Source: Candidatus Velthaea sp. (GTDB lineage: Bacteria; Vulcanimicrobiota; Vulcanimicrobiia; Vulcanimicrobiales; Vulcanimicrobiaceae). From it: a DNA stretch of 64,000 bases. The stretch's first letter is position 1, and every line of letters begins with the position of its first letter. This document shows, in pieces, positions 16,669 to 27,182 of the stretch. The DNA lies in assembly GCA_965214935.1 (NCBI GenBank), contig CBDCCS010000022.1:192001-256000 (forward strand), read 5' to 3'. The notes under the pieces are model-generated. The model saw only the letters and a program-made list of their open reading frames with translations. It had not been told where the DNA came from and did not search any database. The translations under genes were made by a program, and so were the position numbers.

Positions 16669-19241
16669 TCCGCGCGTACCGCTTCAGCCGTACGAATACG
16701 AGCCGCAACGCCGGCCGGATAAATCCCGGCAACAACCGCAGCAACAATAACGAGCCCAATCGCTTCAATCAAGAAGTCGTACGGCATATGCAACTCAATA
16801 AGCCACCCAAATGCCTGCCGGTTAATCACAAAAATCAACAAAAGCGAAAGCAGCACACCGACCGCGACACCCATGAACCCGCCGAGCAAACCGATAAACG
16901 CCGCTTCATAATACACCATCATCCGCACGTCACGCGTTCGCAATCCAAGATACCGCATAAGCCCGATCTCGCGCCGCCGTTCCAGCACTAAAGCAAACAA
17001 TGTCGACACGACGCCAAGCACCGCGATGGTAATTGAGATGATGTACAGCGCGTACGTGATCGCAAACGTCTTGTTAAAAATCGTCACGACGAGCTTGCGT
17101 AATTCGCGCGTCGTTTGGGCATCGACGTGCAACGGCAAGACACTCCGCACGACGTCGCTGCGCAACGCGACGAGATCGACGCCGGGCTTCGCGTAAATTG
17201 CAATCGAGTTGACCGAGTCATCGTGATACAGCCGTCCGAACGTACGCGCATCCATCAGAATGATGCCGGCGTCGCTCGAATAATCGTTATAGATTGCCGC
17301 GACGCTGAACGTCGTTTTGCCGGCGGGCGTATCGAGCTCGAAGCGATCGCCGCGACCGACGTCGAACTTCGTCGCGAACGGCTCGCTAATGAGCACTTGG
17401 GTGGTTCCCGGCAGCTGTTGGGCTAAGGCACGCGTATCGGCGACGCCGATGAAGCGCAGTTTATTACGCTCGGCAATTGTCGAGAAGTCGGCGGCGCCAA
17501 GCGTCGTCAGGCGACCGCGAAACGGGATCGAGATGCCGCGAAACGTGTCGACGGCAGCGACGCCCGGCAAGCGCGCGATCGTCTTTGCGACGACCGGCGA
17601 AAAGCGCGCATCGAACGACGCGTCTTGCAATCCCAGCGGCCGGACGAACAGGTCGGCTTTGAGCGTATCGTCGGCCCAAGCAACAACGGTGGTCCGGAAC
17701 GAGCCGATCAAAATAGCGATCGAGACCATCATGGCAATAGCGATCATCAATGACGCGACGGCAACGCTGTTGCGCACCGGCGAAGCGCCGAGATTCGCTG
17801 CGGCAAGCTGACCGGATGCCGAACGCCGTCCAAACAGCGCAACGCCGCTGCGCGAGACGACACCGATAAGCAACGGCGCAAAAAGCGAGCCGCCGAAAAT
17901 GATAAGCAAACCGGCGGTGTAGCCGAAGATCGGAACGTCGTCGATCGCCGGCGCGAACGTGCACGCATACGCGGCGGCAAGCAACGCGGCACCGTACGCA
18001 GCGAGTCGCGTCGCAAGACCCTTGGGACGCCGTTCGTAACCGGCCGAACGCATGGCCACCGCCGGCGGCGTCGCCGCGGCTTCGAGCGCCGGCACCACCG
18101 CCGACAACGTCGCGAGAATCACACCGACAACGAATGCTTTGAGCAGAACGAGCGGAGCAAAAATAATGTGGTCGGCGTGGCTCGCGACATAAAGCGTGTC
18201 GACCGTACGCGAAACGGCGCCGATCGACAGTTGCGCGAGGACGGCGCCAAGCAACAATCCGAAGATCGAGCCGACGACGCCGAACATCGCGCCTTCGCCG
18301 AGAAACGCGACGAAAATCGCCCGCCGCTGTGCACCGATCGCGCGTAACGTGCCGACCTCCGGCCGGCGCGCCACGACCGAAATCGCGACCGTATTGTAGA
18401 TCAGGTACATACCGACGAGCAGCGCAATGTACGAGAGCGCAGCGAGATTTAATTGAAAGCTGCTGAGCATGCGCTGGATTTCACCGGTGCGAACTTTCGG
18501 TTCGATCGCTCGCGTGCCGGGCGGAATGACGCGCGCGACCGCGCCGGCGACCGCCGCAATATGCGCTTGATCGACGATTAAATCGATTCGGTCGAGCCGT
18601 CCGATTTTATCGAACAGTTCTTGCGCGGTTGCGATATCGACGAAGACCACGCTAGAGTCAACGCCCGGAACACTCGCAGGGATAACGCCCGCCACACGCA
18701 TCGAAACGGCCCGGTCGCCCGCAAGACCGCGAATGACCGAGCCCTGCTGCAAGCGGTATTTTGTCGCGACCCGCTCGCTGATAAAGGCACCATGCCCATC
18801 GACGAGCACGTAAGGATCGGGCGCGCCGCCGGCTTTGGCAACTGCGCCCGGTGTCGAGGCCGATGAACTTTGATCGCCGGGGAGCGGCCGGAGCAAATCG
18901 ACACCGAGGACGCGCAGAACTTCGCCGGAAAATGCGTCGCCGGCTTTGGCGCCGACGACGATCGAGTCTTCGATCGTCGGGCTTGCGTAGGTAACGCCGG
19001 GAACGTTCGAGACGCGCAAGATCGAACGATCGTCGAATCCGCGCCCGACACCGAGGACTTGCAAATTGACGTGGTTCGAGACAACATTCACGCTCGAGGC
19101 GAATGAAGCGACCGCCGTCGCGTTTGCAAGGTCGATGGCGAGCGCTATTGCGACGCCTAAGGCAACGGCAAGCACCGTAACACCCGTGCGCAAAACGTTG
19201 CCGCGCATATGACCCAAGACAAGCGCCCGAAAAAGCGCCAT
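16665..19241 (-). CDS. ABC transporter permease, fused FtsX/MacB-like (AttF/G type), 858 aa
   Basis: Two FtsX halves (RRPEVGTLRAIGA; ERRREIGLMRYLG) with large extracytoplasmic loops. Confidence 0.9.
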   Translation of the reverse strand: MALFRALVLGHMRGNVLRTGVTVLAVALGVAIALAIDLANATAVASFASSVNVVSNHVNLQVLGVGRGFDDRSILRVSNVPGVTYASPTIEDSIVVGAKAGDAFSGEVLRVLGVDLLRPLPGDQSSSASTPGAVAKAGGAPDPYVLVDGHGAFISERVATKYRLQQGSVIRGLAGDRAVSMRVAGVIPASVPGVDSSVVFVDIATAQELFDKIGRLDRIDLIVDQAHIAAVAGAVARVIPPGTRAIEPKVRTGEIQRMLSSFQLNLAALSYIALLVGMYLIYNTVAISVVARRPEVGTLRAIGAQRRAIFVAFLGEGAMFGVVGSIFGLLLGAVLAQLSIGAVSRTVDTLYVASHADHIIFAPLVLLKAFVVGVILATLSAVVPALEAAATPPAVAMRSAGYERRPKGLATRLAAYGAALLAAAYACTFAPAIDDVPIFGYTAGLLIIFGGSLFAPLLIGVVSRSGVALFGRRSASGQLAAANLGASPVRNSVAVASLMIAIAMMVSIAILIGSFRTTVVAWADDTLKADLFVRPLGLQDASFDARFSPVVAKTIARLPGVAAVDTFRGISIPFRGRLTTLGAADFSTIAERNKLRFIGVADTRALAQQLPGTTQVLISEPFATKFDVGRGDRFELDTPAGKTTFSVAAIYNDYSSDAGIILMDARTFGRLYHDDSVNSIAIYAKPGVDLVALRSDVVRSVLPLHVDAQTTRELRKLVVTIFNKTFAITYALYIISITIAVLGVVSTLFALVLERRREIGLMRYLGLRTRDVRMMVYYEAAFIGLLGGFMGVAVGVLLSLLLIFVINRQAFGWLIELHMPYDFLIEAIGLVIVAAVVAGIYPAGVAARIRTAEAVRAE

Positions 19242-19330
19242 TAGACGAAGCTTGCCGGCTCGCTCATATTCGGAGACTTCGACGCCTGACGGCCAATGCG
19301 TGTTGCGTAGCGGACCACCGTCTGAGCCCC

Positions 19331-19975
19331 TTAGCCGAACAGTTCGATATTCGCCGCTCCGGCCTGCGGACGCAGAAGCTCCCGCGCATAAGCCGTTTCT
19401 TGCCTTTGAATCGTATCGTTGTTGAGAGGCGATAGGTATTTCACGCGCACGATACCCGTGTCGACGAACTGCAGCAGCTTGCGCGGCAGCACACCGCCGA
19501 GATCGGCGGCGGTTGTCGCGATGCCTTCGGTCGCCAGATACTCGAGCACGAAGGATGCGTTGAGTTGGCCGACATTACCGTGCGAGAACGTCATGACCGC
19601 TGCGCCGCCGAAAACCTTCGCCTCGAGATCGCCGCGCCGCGAACCATGTTTGATGAATTCGTTGATCAACGACTCCATTGCGTAGAGGCCGTACCGCAAC
19701 GACGTTTCGGGCGCCGCTGCGGCATCCAAGTGGTCGTGCTGCGGCAGCATGAAGTGGTTCATGCCGGCGCTGCCGCGGATCGGATCGCGTATGCATGCTG
19801 CCACGCACGAGCCGAGCACCGTTGCGATGACGCACGCGACCGTCGTCGCAAAGTACTCACCCGGTTTGATTTTAACAACCTCGCGGCCGAGTTGTTCGTC
19901 GAAATAATGTAACGGCCGCGGCCGACCGGGTAGCTCGACCGCAACGTCCGATGCGCGCGTTAGAACGAACTCCAG
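19331..19975 (-). CDS. cheD: Chemoreceptor glutamine deamidase CheD (5' end lacks a canonical start codon)
   Basis: [27 protein letters not shown] and AKVFGG. The conserved-looking HYFD...KIKPGEYF lies in frame upstream of the first GTG (19819). CTG at 19975 is a candidate start. Confidence 0.8.
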   Translation of the reverse strand: MEFVLTRASDVAVELPGRPRPLHYFDEQLGREVVKIKPGEYFATTVACVIATVLGSCVAACIRDPIRGSAGMNHFMLPQHDHLDAAAAPETSLRYGLYAMESLINEFIKHGSRRGDLEAKVFGGAAVMTFSHGNVGQLNASFVLEYLATEGIATTAADLGGVLPRKLLQFVDTGIVRVKYLSPLNNDTIQRQETAYARELLRPQAGAANIELFG

Positions 19976-22266
19976 TCGGCGTCGTCGGCGGCACGTAGCG
20001 GTGCATGTTTTGCTGCAGCCGGCGCAACGGGCGTGGCCGGCCGCCGAGCCGCCGGCCGCGGGGCCGCCGGCGCTTGGCTGCGACGCGCGCCGGAAGCAAC
20101 GGTGAACACGCCGACGAGACCGACGAGTGCTTGCGAACGTTCTTCGAGCGACTCGGCGGAAGCAGCGATCTGCTCCACGAGTGCGGCGTTCTGCTGCGTG
20201 ACCTGGTCCATCTGAGTCACCGCTTCGTTGACTTGTTCGATACCGGTGCCTTGTTCTTCGGACGCCGCAGCAATGGCGGACATAATGTTGGTCACGCGTT
20301 TGACGGCGGCAACGATTTCGGCCATCGTCTGACCGGCCTGATCGACGAGCATGCTTCCGGTGGCGGTCTTGTCGACCGAATCGCCGATGAGCGCTTTGAT
20401 TTCTTTGGCCGCGGCGGCCGAACGTTGCGCAAGATTGCGGACTTCGCCCGCGACGACGGCAAAGCCGCGGCCTTGCTCGCCGGCTCGCGCGGCTTCGACG
20501 GCGGCATTGAGCGCAAGTATATTGGTTTGAAAGGCGATCCCGTCGATGACGCTGATGATATCGACGATTTTCTTGGCGCTTGCATTGATCGCCGCCATGG
20601 TCACGACAACCTCGCCGACGACTTGACCGCCTTTTACGGCAATATCGCTCGCGCCGATGGCAAGGCCGTTCGCTTCTTTGGCGTTGTCGGCGTTTTGGCG
20701 AACCGTCGCAGTCAACTGCTCCATGCTTGCCGCAGTCTCTTCCAGACTTGCGGCCTGCTCTTCGGTCCGCTGCGACAAATCGGTATTGCCGGCGGCAATT
20801 TCACGCGCCGACGTGCTCACGATTTCGGCCGCTTCTTTTATCTCGACGACGGTCCGCGTTAAATTCTCAACCGTCGCGTTGGAGTCGGATTTGAGCCGGC
20901 CGAACGTACCGGCATAATCGGCGCTGATGGTTTGCGTTAAATCGCCTTTCGCAAGAGCCGCGAGGACGCGCACCACATCGTTGAGACCGGTATCGCTCGT
21001 TTCCATCAGCTCATTCATGCTTTGAGCCAAGATTTTGAAGAAGCCGGTTTGACCGTCGGACGCTAAGCGCCGGCTAAAGTCGCCGGCCGCTGCGGCCTGG
21101 ACGATCGCTGCCGTTTCGTTCTCGACCTGCACTTCGAGCGTGCGATCTTTCCATTCGATGACGGCGCCGATCCGCTTACCGCTCTCGTCGGCGACCGGAT
21201 TGGCAATGAGCGCCAGCGTGCGTCCGCCGACGACAATTTCGGCGCGATGCGTTCCGCGCAGATCGGCCAGCATGCGCAGCTGGTCTGCCGGAATAACGTT
21301 GAACTCAGCGATCTTGGTCGTCAGCAGACGATCGACACGCAGGTTCGGCAGATCTTTTTGCAGATCGCGTTCGGCGTTGCGCAGCATTTCTTTGACGGCA
21401 GCATTCATGTAGCAGATGACGTTGTCGGCATCGGCAAGCATAACGTTGGCCGTCACGCTGTCGAGCGCGGCTTGCACCCGGCGCATTCCGGCAATGTCTT
21501 CGGGTCGCGGTAACAACGATCGTACCGCGTCCATCGCCTCGGTGATCTGCGCCTTCTTGCCGGGCAGCCGATCCATCTCGATTGAGAAATCGCCGTGCGC
21601 GTATCTCGTAATGAGATCGACGATCTTCATCTTCACCGCGATGTGCGCACCGACGAGCCGGTTTACCAGGTCCGCCGCGCGTTTGTACCCGCCCGCGAAC
21701 GCGTCGACCGGGATGATCTCGTCGATCCAGCCGGCTTCATGCTGCCGCATCATCTCGGCCAACGCTTCGATGAAACGATCGGACTCGGCAACTTGTCCGC
21801 TCACTGCAATGAAGGCGGTTTTCACGCGATCGACCGCGGCGGTGACGTGCGCTTTGATGCCGGGTAAGCGATCCATGTCGACCGTGAAATCACCGTTGGC
21901 ATAGTCGGTGACGACGCGAACGACTTTCATTTTCACGTCGATGTGCGACTGCACGAGTGCATTGATGTCGGCCGCAATCGCGCCGCACGCCGGGCTCAGC
22001 GTCCCGGCCGGAATTTTGTAATCGATCGCGCCCGCCGTATGCCGGCTTTGCATCTCTTGCAGCGCCGCACCGAGCGCCGCAGTTTCGGCGCGTTGCGCAA
22101 CGAGTTGCTCTTGCAATCGGCGAATCGACGGCGCGAGTGCAACGCTCAATTCGTCGTTGCCGCTAAAGACCTCGGTGGGGTCGCCCGCGGCAATGCGATC
22201 GAGCGTGCGGACGACCGCGTGCCGCTGCGCGTTGCGTTTCGTTCTATTACCAGCAAATAGAGCCAC
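19960..22266 (-). CDS. aer2: Soluble Aer2/McpB-like chemoreceptor (poly-HAMP, PAS, HAMP, MCP signalling domain, C-terminal pentapeptide)
   Basis: No TM segment; [22 protein letters not shown] repeats; [16 protein letters not shown]...[36 protein letters not shown]; ends DWSSF. Confidence 0.85.
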   Translation of the reverse strand: MALFAGNRTKRNAQRHAVVRTLDRIAAGDPTEVFSGNDELSVALAPSIRRLQEQLVAQRAETAALGAALQEMQSRHTAGAIDYKIPAGTLSPACGAIAADINALVQSHIDVKMKVVRVVTDYANGDFTVDMDRLPGIKAHVTAAVDRVKTAFIAVSGQVAESDRFIEALAEMMRQHEAGWIDEIIPVDAFAGGYKRAADLVNRLVGAHIAVKMKIVDLITRYAHGDFSIEMDRLPGKKAQITEAMDAVRSLLPRPEDIAGMRRVQAALDSVTANVMLADADNVICYMNAAVKEMLRNAERDLQKDLPNLRVDRLLTTKIAEFNVIPADQLRMLADLRGTHRAEIVVGGRTLALIANPVADESGKRIGAVIEWKDRTLEVQVENETAAIVQAAAAGDFSRRLASDGQTGFFKILAQSMNELMETSDTGLNDVVRVLAALAKGDLTQTISADYAGTFGRLKSDSNATVENLTRTVVEIKEAAEIVSTSAREIAAGNTDLSQRTEEQAASLEETAASMEQLTATVRQNADNAKEANGLAIGASDIAVKGGQVVGEVVVTMAAINASAKKIVDIISVIDGIAFQTNILALNAAVEAARAGEQGRGFAVVAGEVRNLAQRSAAAAKEIKALIGDSVDKTATGSMLVDQAGQTMAEIVAAVKRVTNIMSAIAAASEEQGTGIEQVNEAVTQMDQVTQQNAALVEQIAASAESLEERSQALVGLVGVFTVASGARRSQAPAAPRPAARRPATPVAPAAAKHAPLRAADDADWSSF

Positions 22267-22286
22267 GGGACACTTTCTTTCTTAGC

Positions 22287-22781
22287 TTAAGCGTAGGCGG
22301 TCGCCGAGCCGCCGTCGGTTAACTGCATCTCCGCACTCGCCAATAGCCGCTCGATGTCGAGCAAGATAATCATCTGATCGTCAAGCCGGGCGAGTCCCAT
22401 GAGGAAATCAGTATCGAGCCGCGAGCTGAACTCAGGCACCGGCCGGATCTGGTCCGCGGCAAAAGTTACGACGTCGGAAACCGAGTCGACGACGATACCG
22501 ATCACCCGGCGCGCGACGTTGAGAATGATAACGACGGTGAAGGCGTTGTAAGCCGCCTCGGCAAGCGCGAATTTCAAGCGCATATCGACGATCGGTACGA
22601 TGACGCCGCGCAGATCGATGACGCCGCGAATGAAATCCGGCGTCCCCGCAATCGGCGTCACCGGATCGCAGCCGCGAATCTCTTGCACTTTGAGAATGTC
22701 GATGCCGTACGCTTCGCTGCCTAAGCGGAAGGTCAGCATTTCACGGGTTTGCGTTACTTGCATTTCGTCGGTGCGGCTCAT
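22287..22781 (-). CDS. cheW: Chemotaxis coupling protein CheW
   Basis: [31 protein letters not shown] and [10 protein letters not shown]. Confidence 0.93.
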   Translation of the reverse strand: MSRTDEMQVTQTREMLTFRLGSEAYGIDILKVQEIRGCDPVTPIAGTPDFIRGVIDLRGVIVPIVDMRLKFALAEAAYNAFTVVIILNVARRVIGIVVDSVSDVVTFAADQIRPVPEFSSRLDTDFLMGLARLDDQMIILLDIERLLASAEMQLTDGGSATAYA

Positions 22782-22791
22782 GAATGCGTCC

Positions 22792-24828
22792 TTACGCGAC
22801 GGCTCGCGCGCCGGCATGACGCACGAATGAAGGTACATCGATAATCAAAGCAACGCGGCCGTTACCCATCACCGTCGCGCCGGAAATACCCGGCACGTGC
22901 CGAAAATTTGTCTCCAAGCTCTTGATTACGACCTGATGCTGGCCCTCGAGCGCATCGACGAGCAAAGCGACGCGACCGTTACCGGCTTCGAGCAAAACGA
23001 GAATTCCGTCACGCAAAGGCGGCTTCGGATTGCGTTGCGGCATGACGTCGCTGAGCGTGACGACCGGAAAATACTCATCGCGAATGTGGATCAAGCGCCC
23101 GCCGCCGGCGATGACCCGAATCGAGTCGGGCGGCGGCAGCACCGACTCGATGATGTTCGTCAACGGAATCATGTAGATTTCACCGCCGATGACCACCGAT
23201 AAACCATCCAAGATTGCCAGTGTGAGCGGTAAGCGGATCGTGACTTTCGCTCCGTAGCCGGCTTCCGACTCGATCTCGACCCGCCCGCCGATGCGGCTGA
23301 TATTTTGCTTGACGACGTCCATGCCGACACCACGGCCCGACACGTCGGTGACGACGTCCGCAGTTGAAAAGCCGGGCGCAAAAATAAGCTGCCATACATC
23401 GCGCAGCGGCATGTCGGGCGCGCACGGCAACCCGGATTGAGCCGCTTTCGCTAAGATCTTTTCTTTGTTAAGCCCGGCGCCGTCGTCGCTCAACTCAACG
23501 ACGACTTCGCCGCCTTGGTGCCACGCGCGCAACGAAATCGTGCCTTCGCGCGGTTTGCCGGCAGCAATGCGTGCAGCGGGCGATTCGATGCCATGGTCGA
23601 GCGCATTGCGAATGAGATGCGTCAATGGATCGCCGAGCTGCTCGATGATCACTTTGTCGAGGACCGTTTGGTCGCCGGTCGTTTGCAAGCGCACGGCTTT
23701 GCCCAACGTCGTAGCCAATTCACGCACCATGCGCGGAAATCGATCGAAAACAAACCGTAGCGGCAACATGCGAATCGACATGACGCCCTGTTGCAGGTCG
23801 CGCATATTGTGTTCCATCTGACGCACGACTTGATGTAAGTCGGCAAACGCGGCATGATCGAGGTCGCCGCTGATGCGTTCGATTCGCGCTTGCGCGATCA
23901 CCATTTCACCGACGAGATTGATGAGCTGGTCGATCTTCGCTAAGCTCACGCGGATCGTCGAGTCGGCGACTTCGTTCGCGGCCGGTGCCGCGGGCTTTGC
24001 GACGGCCGCTGCCGGAGTGGCTTCGGGCTCGCCGGGGCTATCGGCGAAAAAGCCGTACGCCTCCACCGGCTCATCGGGCGCACCCGGACCGTCGGCGAAA
24101 AATCCGAAAGCTTCGCCGCTCGACACCGGTGCCGCCGCCGAGCTTGCTGGAAGCTCAGTGTAGCCGATCGTAACGCCGGCCGGATCGTCGATGATGAAAC
24201 CGAGCAAATCACGCAAGCTTTCTTCGCTGACGCTCGCTTCAAGCGTGAAGTGCCAAACGTCGCTTTCGGCCGTTTGTTCGGGCGGAACGCTCAGCTTCCC
24301 GAGTTCCGCGAGCGCAGCGTGCAGTGCTGCGTAGTCGGCCGGGCGGGTTGCGCCAAGATCGCGCGCCGGCAGATCGACGCCGTATGCGTACACGGCGGGC
24401 AGCGCGACGGCGGCAGCGGTGCAAGCTCCGGCGGCCGCCGGCATGTGCTGGATCGCTTCGAGCTCGGCGACCGATTGTTGGGTCGACACGGCGCCCGCCG
24501 GCGAGCCTGCGCGATACGCCGCGAGTTGCGCTTTGAGAACGTCGCACGCACGCAGAAACACGTCCACCATCGCAAACGTGAGTAAAACTTCGCCATGACG
24601 CAAACGGTCGAGCACCGATTCGAGCACGTGCGTGAAGCGCGCCATGTCGGCGAAACCAAACGTTCCGCTGCCGCCCTTGATCGAGTGCGCCGCCCGAAAA
24701 ATGCCGTCGAAATCGGCGCTTCCCGGTGCATCGACGTCGAGTTCGAGCAGCCCGGATTCGAGCTTCGCGACATGCTCTTCGACTTCGTCGAAGAAGCCTT
24801 GGTGGAAGCGCGTCAGGTCGAGCGACAC
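22792..24828 (-). CDS. cheA: Chemotaxis histidine kinase CheA
   Basis: P1 [31 protein letters not shown] and [11 protein letters not shown]-terminal CheW-like domain. Confidence 0.95.
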   Translation of the reverse strand: MSLDLTRFHQGFFDEVEEHVAKLESGLLELDVDAPGSADFDGIFRAAHSIKGGSGTFGFADMARFTHVLESVLDRLRHGEVLLTFAMVDVFLRACDVLKAQLAAYRAGSPAGAVSTQQSVAELEAIQHMPAAAGACTAAAVALPAVYAYGVDLPARDLGATRPADYAALHAALAELGKLSVPPEQTAESDVWHFTLEASVSEESLRDLLGFIIDDPAGVTIGYTELPASSAAAPVSSGEAFGFFADGPGAPDEPVEAYGFFADSPGEPEATPAAAVAKPAAPAANEVADSTIRVSLAKIDQLINLVGEMVIAQARIERISGDLDHAAFADLHQVVRQMEHNMRDLQQGVMSIRMLPLRFVFDRFPRMVRELATTLGKAVRLQTTGDQTVLDKVIIEQLGDPLTHLIRNALDHGIESPAARIAAGKPREGTISLRAWHQGGEVVVELSDDGAGLNKEKILAKAAQSGLPCAPDMPLRDVWQLIFAPGFSTADVVTDVSGRGVGMDVVKQNISRIGGRVEIESEAGYGAKVTIRLPLTLAILDGLSVVIGGEIYMIPLTNIIESVLPPPDSIRVIAGGGRLIHIRDEYFPVVTLSDVMPQRNPKPPLRDGILVLLEAGNGRVALLVDALEGQHQVVIKSLETNFRHVPGISGATVMGNGRVALIIDVPSFVRHAGARAVA

Positions 24829-24831
24829 GAT

Positions 24832-25194
24832 TTAGCCGAGTACTTTTTTCACGACGTTGAGCAAGGTCACCGGATCGAACGGCTTGACGATCCAGCCGGT
24901 CGCACCGGCGGCGCGGCCTTTGGCTTTCATGTCGTCGCCGGCTTCCGTCGTAAGAACCAGGATCGGTGTCCGGGCGTAGTTCGGCAGACCGCGCAACCCG
25001 CGAATGAGCGTAAGCCCATCGGCATTCGGCATATTTTGGTCGGTGAGAACGAGATCCGCATTCGCGCTGCGGGCTTTGGCCAAACCGTCGACGCCGTCAA
25101 CCGCTTGGACGACGGTGTAGCCGGCACCGGACAACGTGAAGGCAACCATTTGCCGAATCGACGGTGAATCGTCGACGGTCAGGATCGTTTTCAT
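24832..25194 (-). CDS. cheY: Chemotaxis response regulator CheY
   Basis: Stand-alone receiver domain: TVDDS, LTDQNMP, LTTE and WIVKPF. Confidence 0.92.
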   Translation of the reverse strand: MKTILTVDDSPSIRQMVAFTLSGAGYTVVQAVDGVDGLAKARSANADLVLTDQNMPNADGLTLIRGLRGLPNYARTPILVLTTEAGDDMKAKGRAAGATGWIVKPFDPVTLLNVVKKVLG

Positions 25195-25204
25195 ACCGAT
25201 AGGA

Positions 25205-25231
25205 TTTTCGGCGAAAGCCGACGCTTTATGA
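25205..25231 (-). promoter_or_regulatory. Possible sigma-28 (FliA)-type promoter for the che cassette
   Basis: Minus strand TCATAAAG-N11-GCCGAAAA ends 10 nt before the cheY ATG. The -10 matches GCCGATAA at 7/8; the -35 is weak. Confidence 0.4.
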
Positions 25232-25279
25232 GATCTACGCGCGCGCTGCGCGCGCTGCTCGCGCTACGGCGATGCGCCG

Positions 25280-25957
25280 CTAAACGATGCGTCCGTCTTG
25301 CATGCGGATCGTGCGATCGCACACGGCAGCTGCCTCGACACTATGCGTCGCCATGAGAATCGCTTGACCGCCGTCCGCGAGCGAACGCAAAAGCCGCAAC
25401 ACATTTTCACCGTTCGCCGTGTCGAGATTTCCCGTCGGCTCGTCGGCTAGGATGATTGCGGGTGCGTGGACGATGGCTCGGGCGATCGCCGCACGTTGCA
25501 TCTGGCCGCCCGATACTTGCGCGGGATACGCATCGCGTTTATCACCGATGCCGACTTCATCCATCGCTGCATTGACGCGTGCGGCGATTTCGGCTTTCGG
25601 CAGCCGCCGTAAGACCAGCGGCAGTCCGATATTGTCACCGATGCTCAAGGCCGGCAGAAGATTGAAGAATTGAAAAATCGTCCCCACCCGGTCGCGCCGC
25701 AGCACCGTTAGCGCATCGTCTTTGAGGTCGCTCGTTACGCAGCCGTCGACGATAACGTCGCCCGATGTCGGTAAGTCGACGCAACCCACGAGGTTGAGCA
25801 GCGTGCTCTTACCGCAGCCGCTCGGGCCGACGAGCGCGACCATCTCACCGGCTCGCACGTCGATAGACACTCCGGCAAGTGCGCTGACCGATTCACCGCT
25901 GCCGGTATACGATTTGCGGACGTCACGCACGACGACGGGGATGACGGCGCTAGGCAA
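25280..25957 (-). CDS. ABC transporter ATP-binding protein (LolD/MacB-like)
   Basis: GPSGCGKST, VSGGQMQR, ILADEPTGNLD and MATH. Probable TTG start overlaps the ketosynthase stop. Confidence 0.92.
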   Translation of the reverse strand: MPSAVIPVVVRDVRKSYTGSGESVSALAGVSIDVRAGEMVALVGPSGCGKSTLLNLVGCVDLPTSGDVIVDGCVTSDLKDDALTVLRRDRVGTIFQFFNLLPALSIGDNIGLPLVLRRLPKAEIAARVNAAMDEVGIGDKRDAYPAQVSGGQMQRAAIARAIVHAPAIILADEPTGNLDTANGENVLRLLRSLADGGQAILMATHSVEAAAVCDRTIRMQDGRIV

Positions 25958-27182
25958 AACGGCGAAAGACGAGAGCTGCATTGATCCCACCAAATCCGGC
26001 GGTATTTTTCAGGACGATCTGGGGTGCGCGATCGAGCTGTCGACGGGTGACCGCAAGCCGGCAGTCAGGGTCGCCCTCGATGTTATTGACCGTCTTGGGG
26101 ATCGTTTGGTGCACGATACTCAGTAACGAAATCGCCGACTCCCATGCGCCGGTGGCGCCCAGCGCATGCCCGTGCTGACCTTTGGTTGCGCTTACGCTTA
26201 CCGGGCGTCCGGCAAACACGCGATCGATGGCGAGTGCTTCGGCCGCATCGCCGAGCGGCGTACCCGACCCATGCGCGTTGACCAAATCGACATCACCCGG
26301 ATCGACGCCGGCCTCGTCAAGCGCCCGTTGCATCGCCGATGCGTTCATGACGCCGTCGGGGCGCGGCGCAGACATGTGAAAGGCATCGTTCGTCGCACCG
26401 AAACCGGCAATTTCACCGTAAATCGGCGCGTTTCGCGCGAGCGCATCGTCGAGCCGCTCGAGCAGCAAAATTCCCGCGCCTTCGGCCATAACGAAGCCGT
26501 CGCGCTGCCGATCGAAAGGCCGGCTTGCCGCTTTGGGTTCGGCGTTGCGCGTCGACATTGCGCGAATGACGGTGAACGCGCCGAAGATCAACGGTGATAA
26601 CGGTGCCTCGACGCCGCCGGCCAGGGCGGCGCGCATTTCGCCGCGAGCAACGCTCCGGAACGCATCGCCGATGGCAACCACTCCCGACGCACAGGAATTG
26701 CCGTTGGCAACCGTGGGTCCGGACAAGCCGAATTCAATGGCGACATTGCAGGTCGCCGCGCCGCCGAAAACCGACACGGCCAGCAACGGCCGGATTCCGC
26801 TCAAGCCTTTTTCGCGGAAAATATCGTGCTGCTCGTCGGCATACGCGAGACCTCCGAGCGCCGAGCCGATGTAAACACCGATATCCGAGGTGTTTGGACC
26901 GGCCGAAAAGCCGGCGTCATCGAGTGCTAAACGAGCCGCGGCGACGGCAAATTGTGAGAAGCGATCGGTCCAGCGTTGGCGCTTGTCGCTCATGAAATCG
27001 TGCGCGGTAAAGTCGTCGATTTGCGCGGCAAGCTTCGAGCGGTAACCGGTCGTGTCGAAGCGCCGAATAACGTCGACGGCGATTCGCTCGCTCAGCAAAC
27101 CTTGCCACAACGCGGCTTTTCCGATGCCCAGCGGCGTCACGACGCCGATACCCGTTACGACGACCCGATGCAATGCCGTCAT
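25950..27182 (-). CDS. Beta-ketoacyl-ACP synthase, FabF/KAS II-type ketosynthase
   Basis: RVVVTGIG; Cys-His-His triad in NSCASG, NAHGSGT and KGQHGHALGA; GFGG. ATG at 27182 overlaps the upstream TGA. Confidence 0.9.
   Translation of the reverse strand: MTALHRVVVTGIGVVTPLGIGKAALWQGLLSERIAVDVIRRFDTTGYRSKLAAQIDDFTAHDFMSDKRQRWTDRFSQFAVAAARLALDDAGFSAGPNTSDIGVYIGSALGGLAYADEQHDIFREKGLSGIRPLLAVSVFGGAATCNVAIEFGLSGPTVANGNSCASGVVAIGDAFRSVARGEMRAALAGGVEAPLSPLIFGAFTVIRAMSTRNAEPKAASRPFDRQRDGFVMAEGAGILLLERLDDALARNAPIYGEIAGFGATNDAFHMSAPRPDGVMNASAMQRALDEAGVDPGDVDLVNAHGSGTPLGDAAEALAIDRVFAGRPVSVSATKGQHGHALGATGAWESAISLLSIVHQTIPKTVNNIEGDPDCRLAVTRRQLDRAPQIVLKNTAGFGGINAALVFRRFA

Noticed and set aside
25950..27182. 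Canonical type II aromatic PKS (KS-alpha/CLF/ACP)
   Set aside because: Only one KS is present, with no chain-length factor or ACP in the window; it is reported instead as an atypical cluster.
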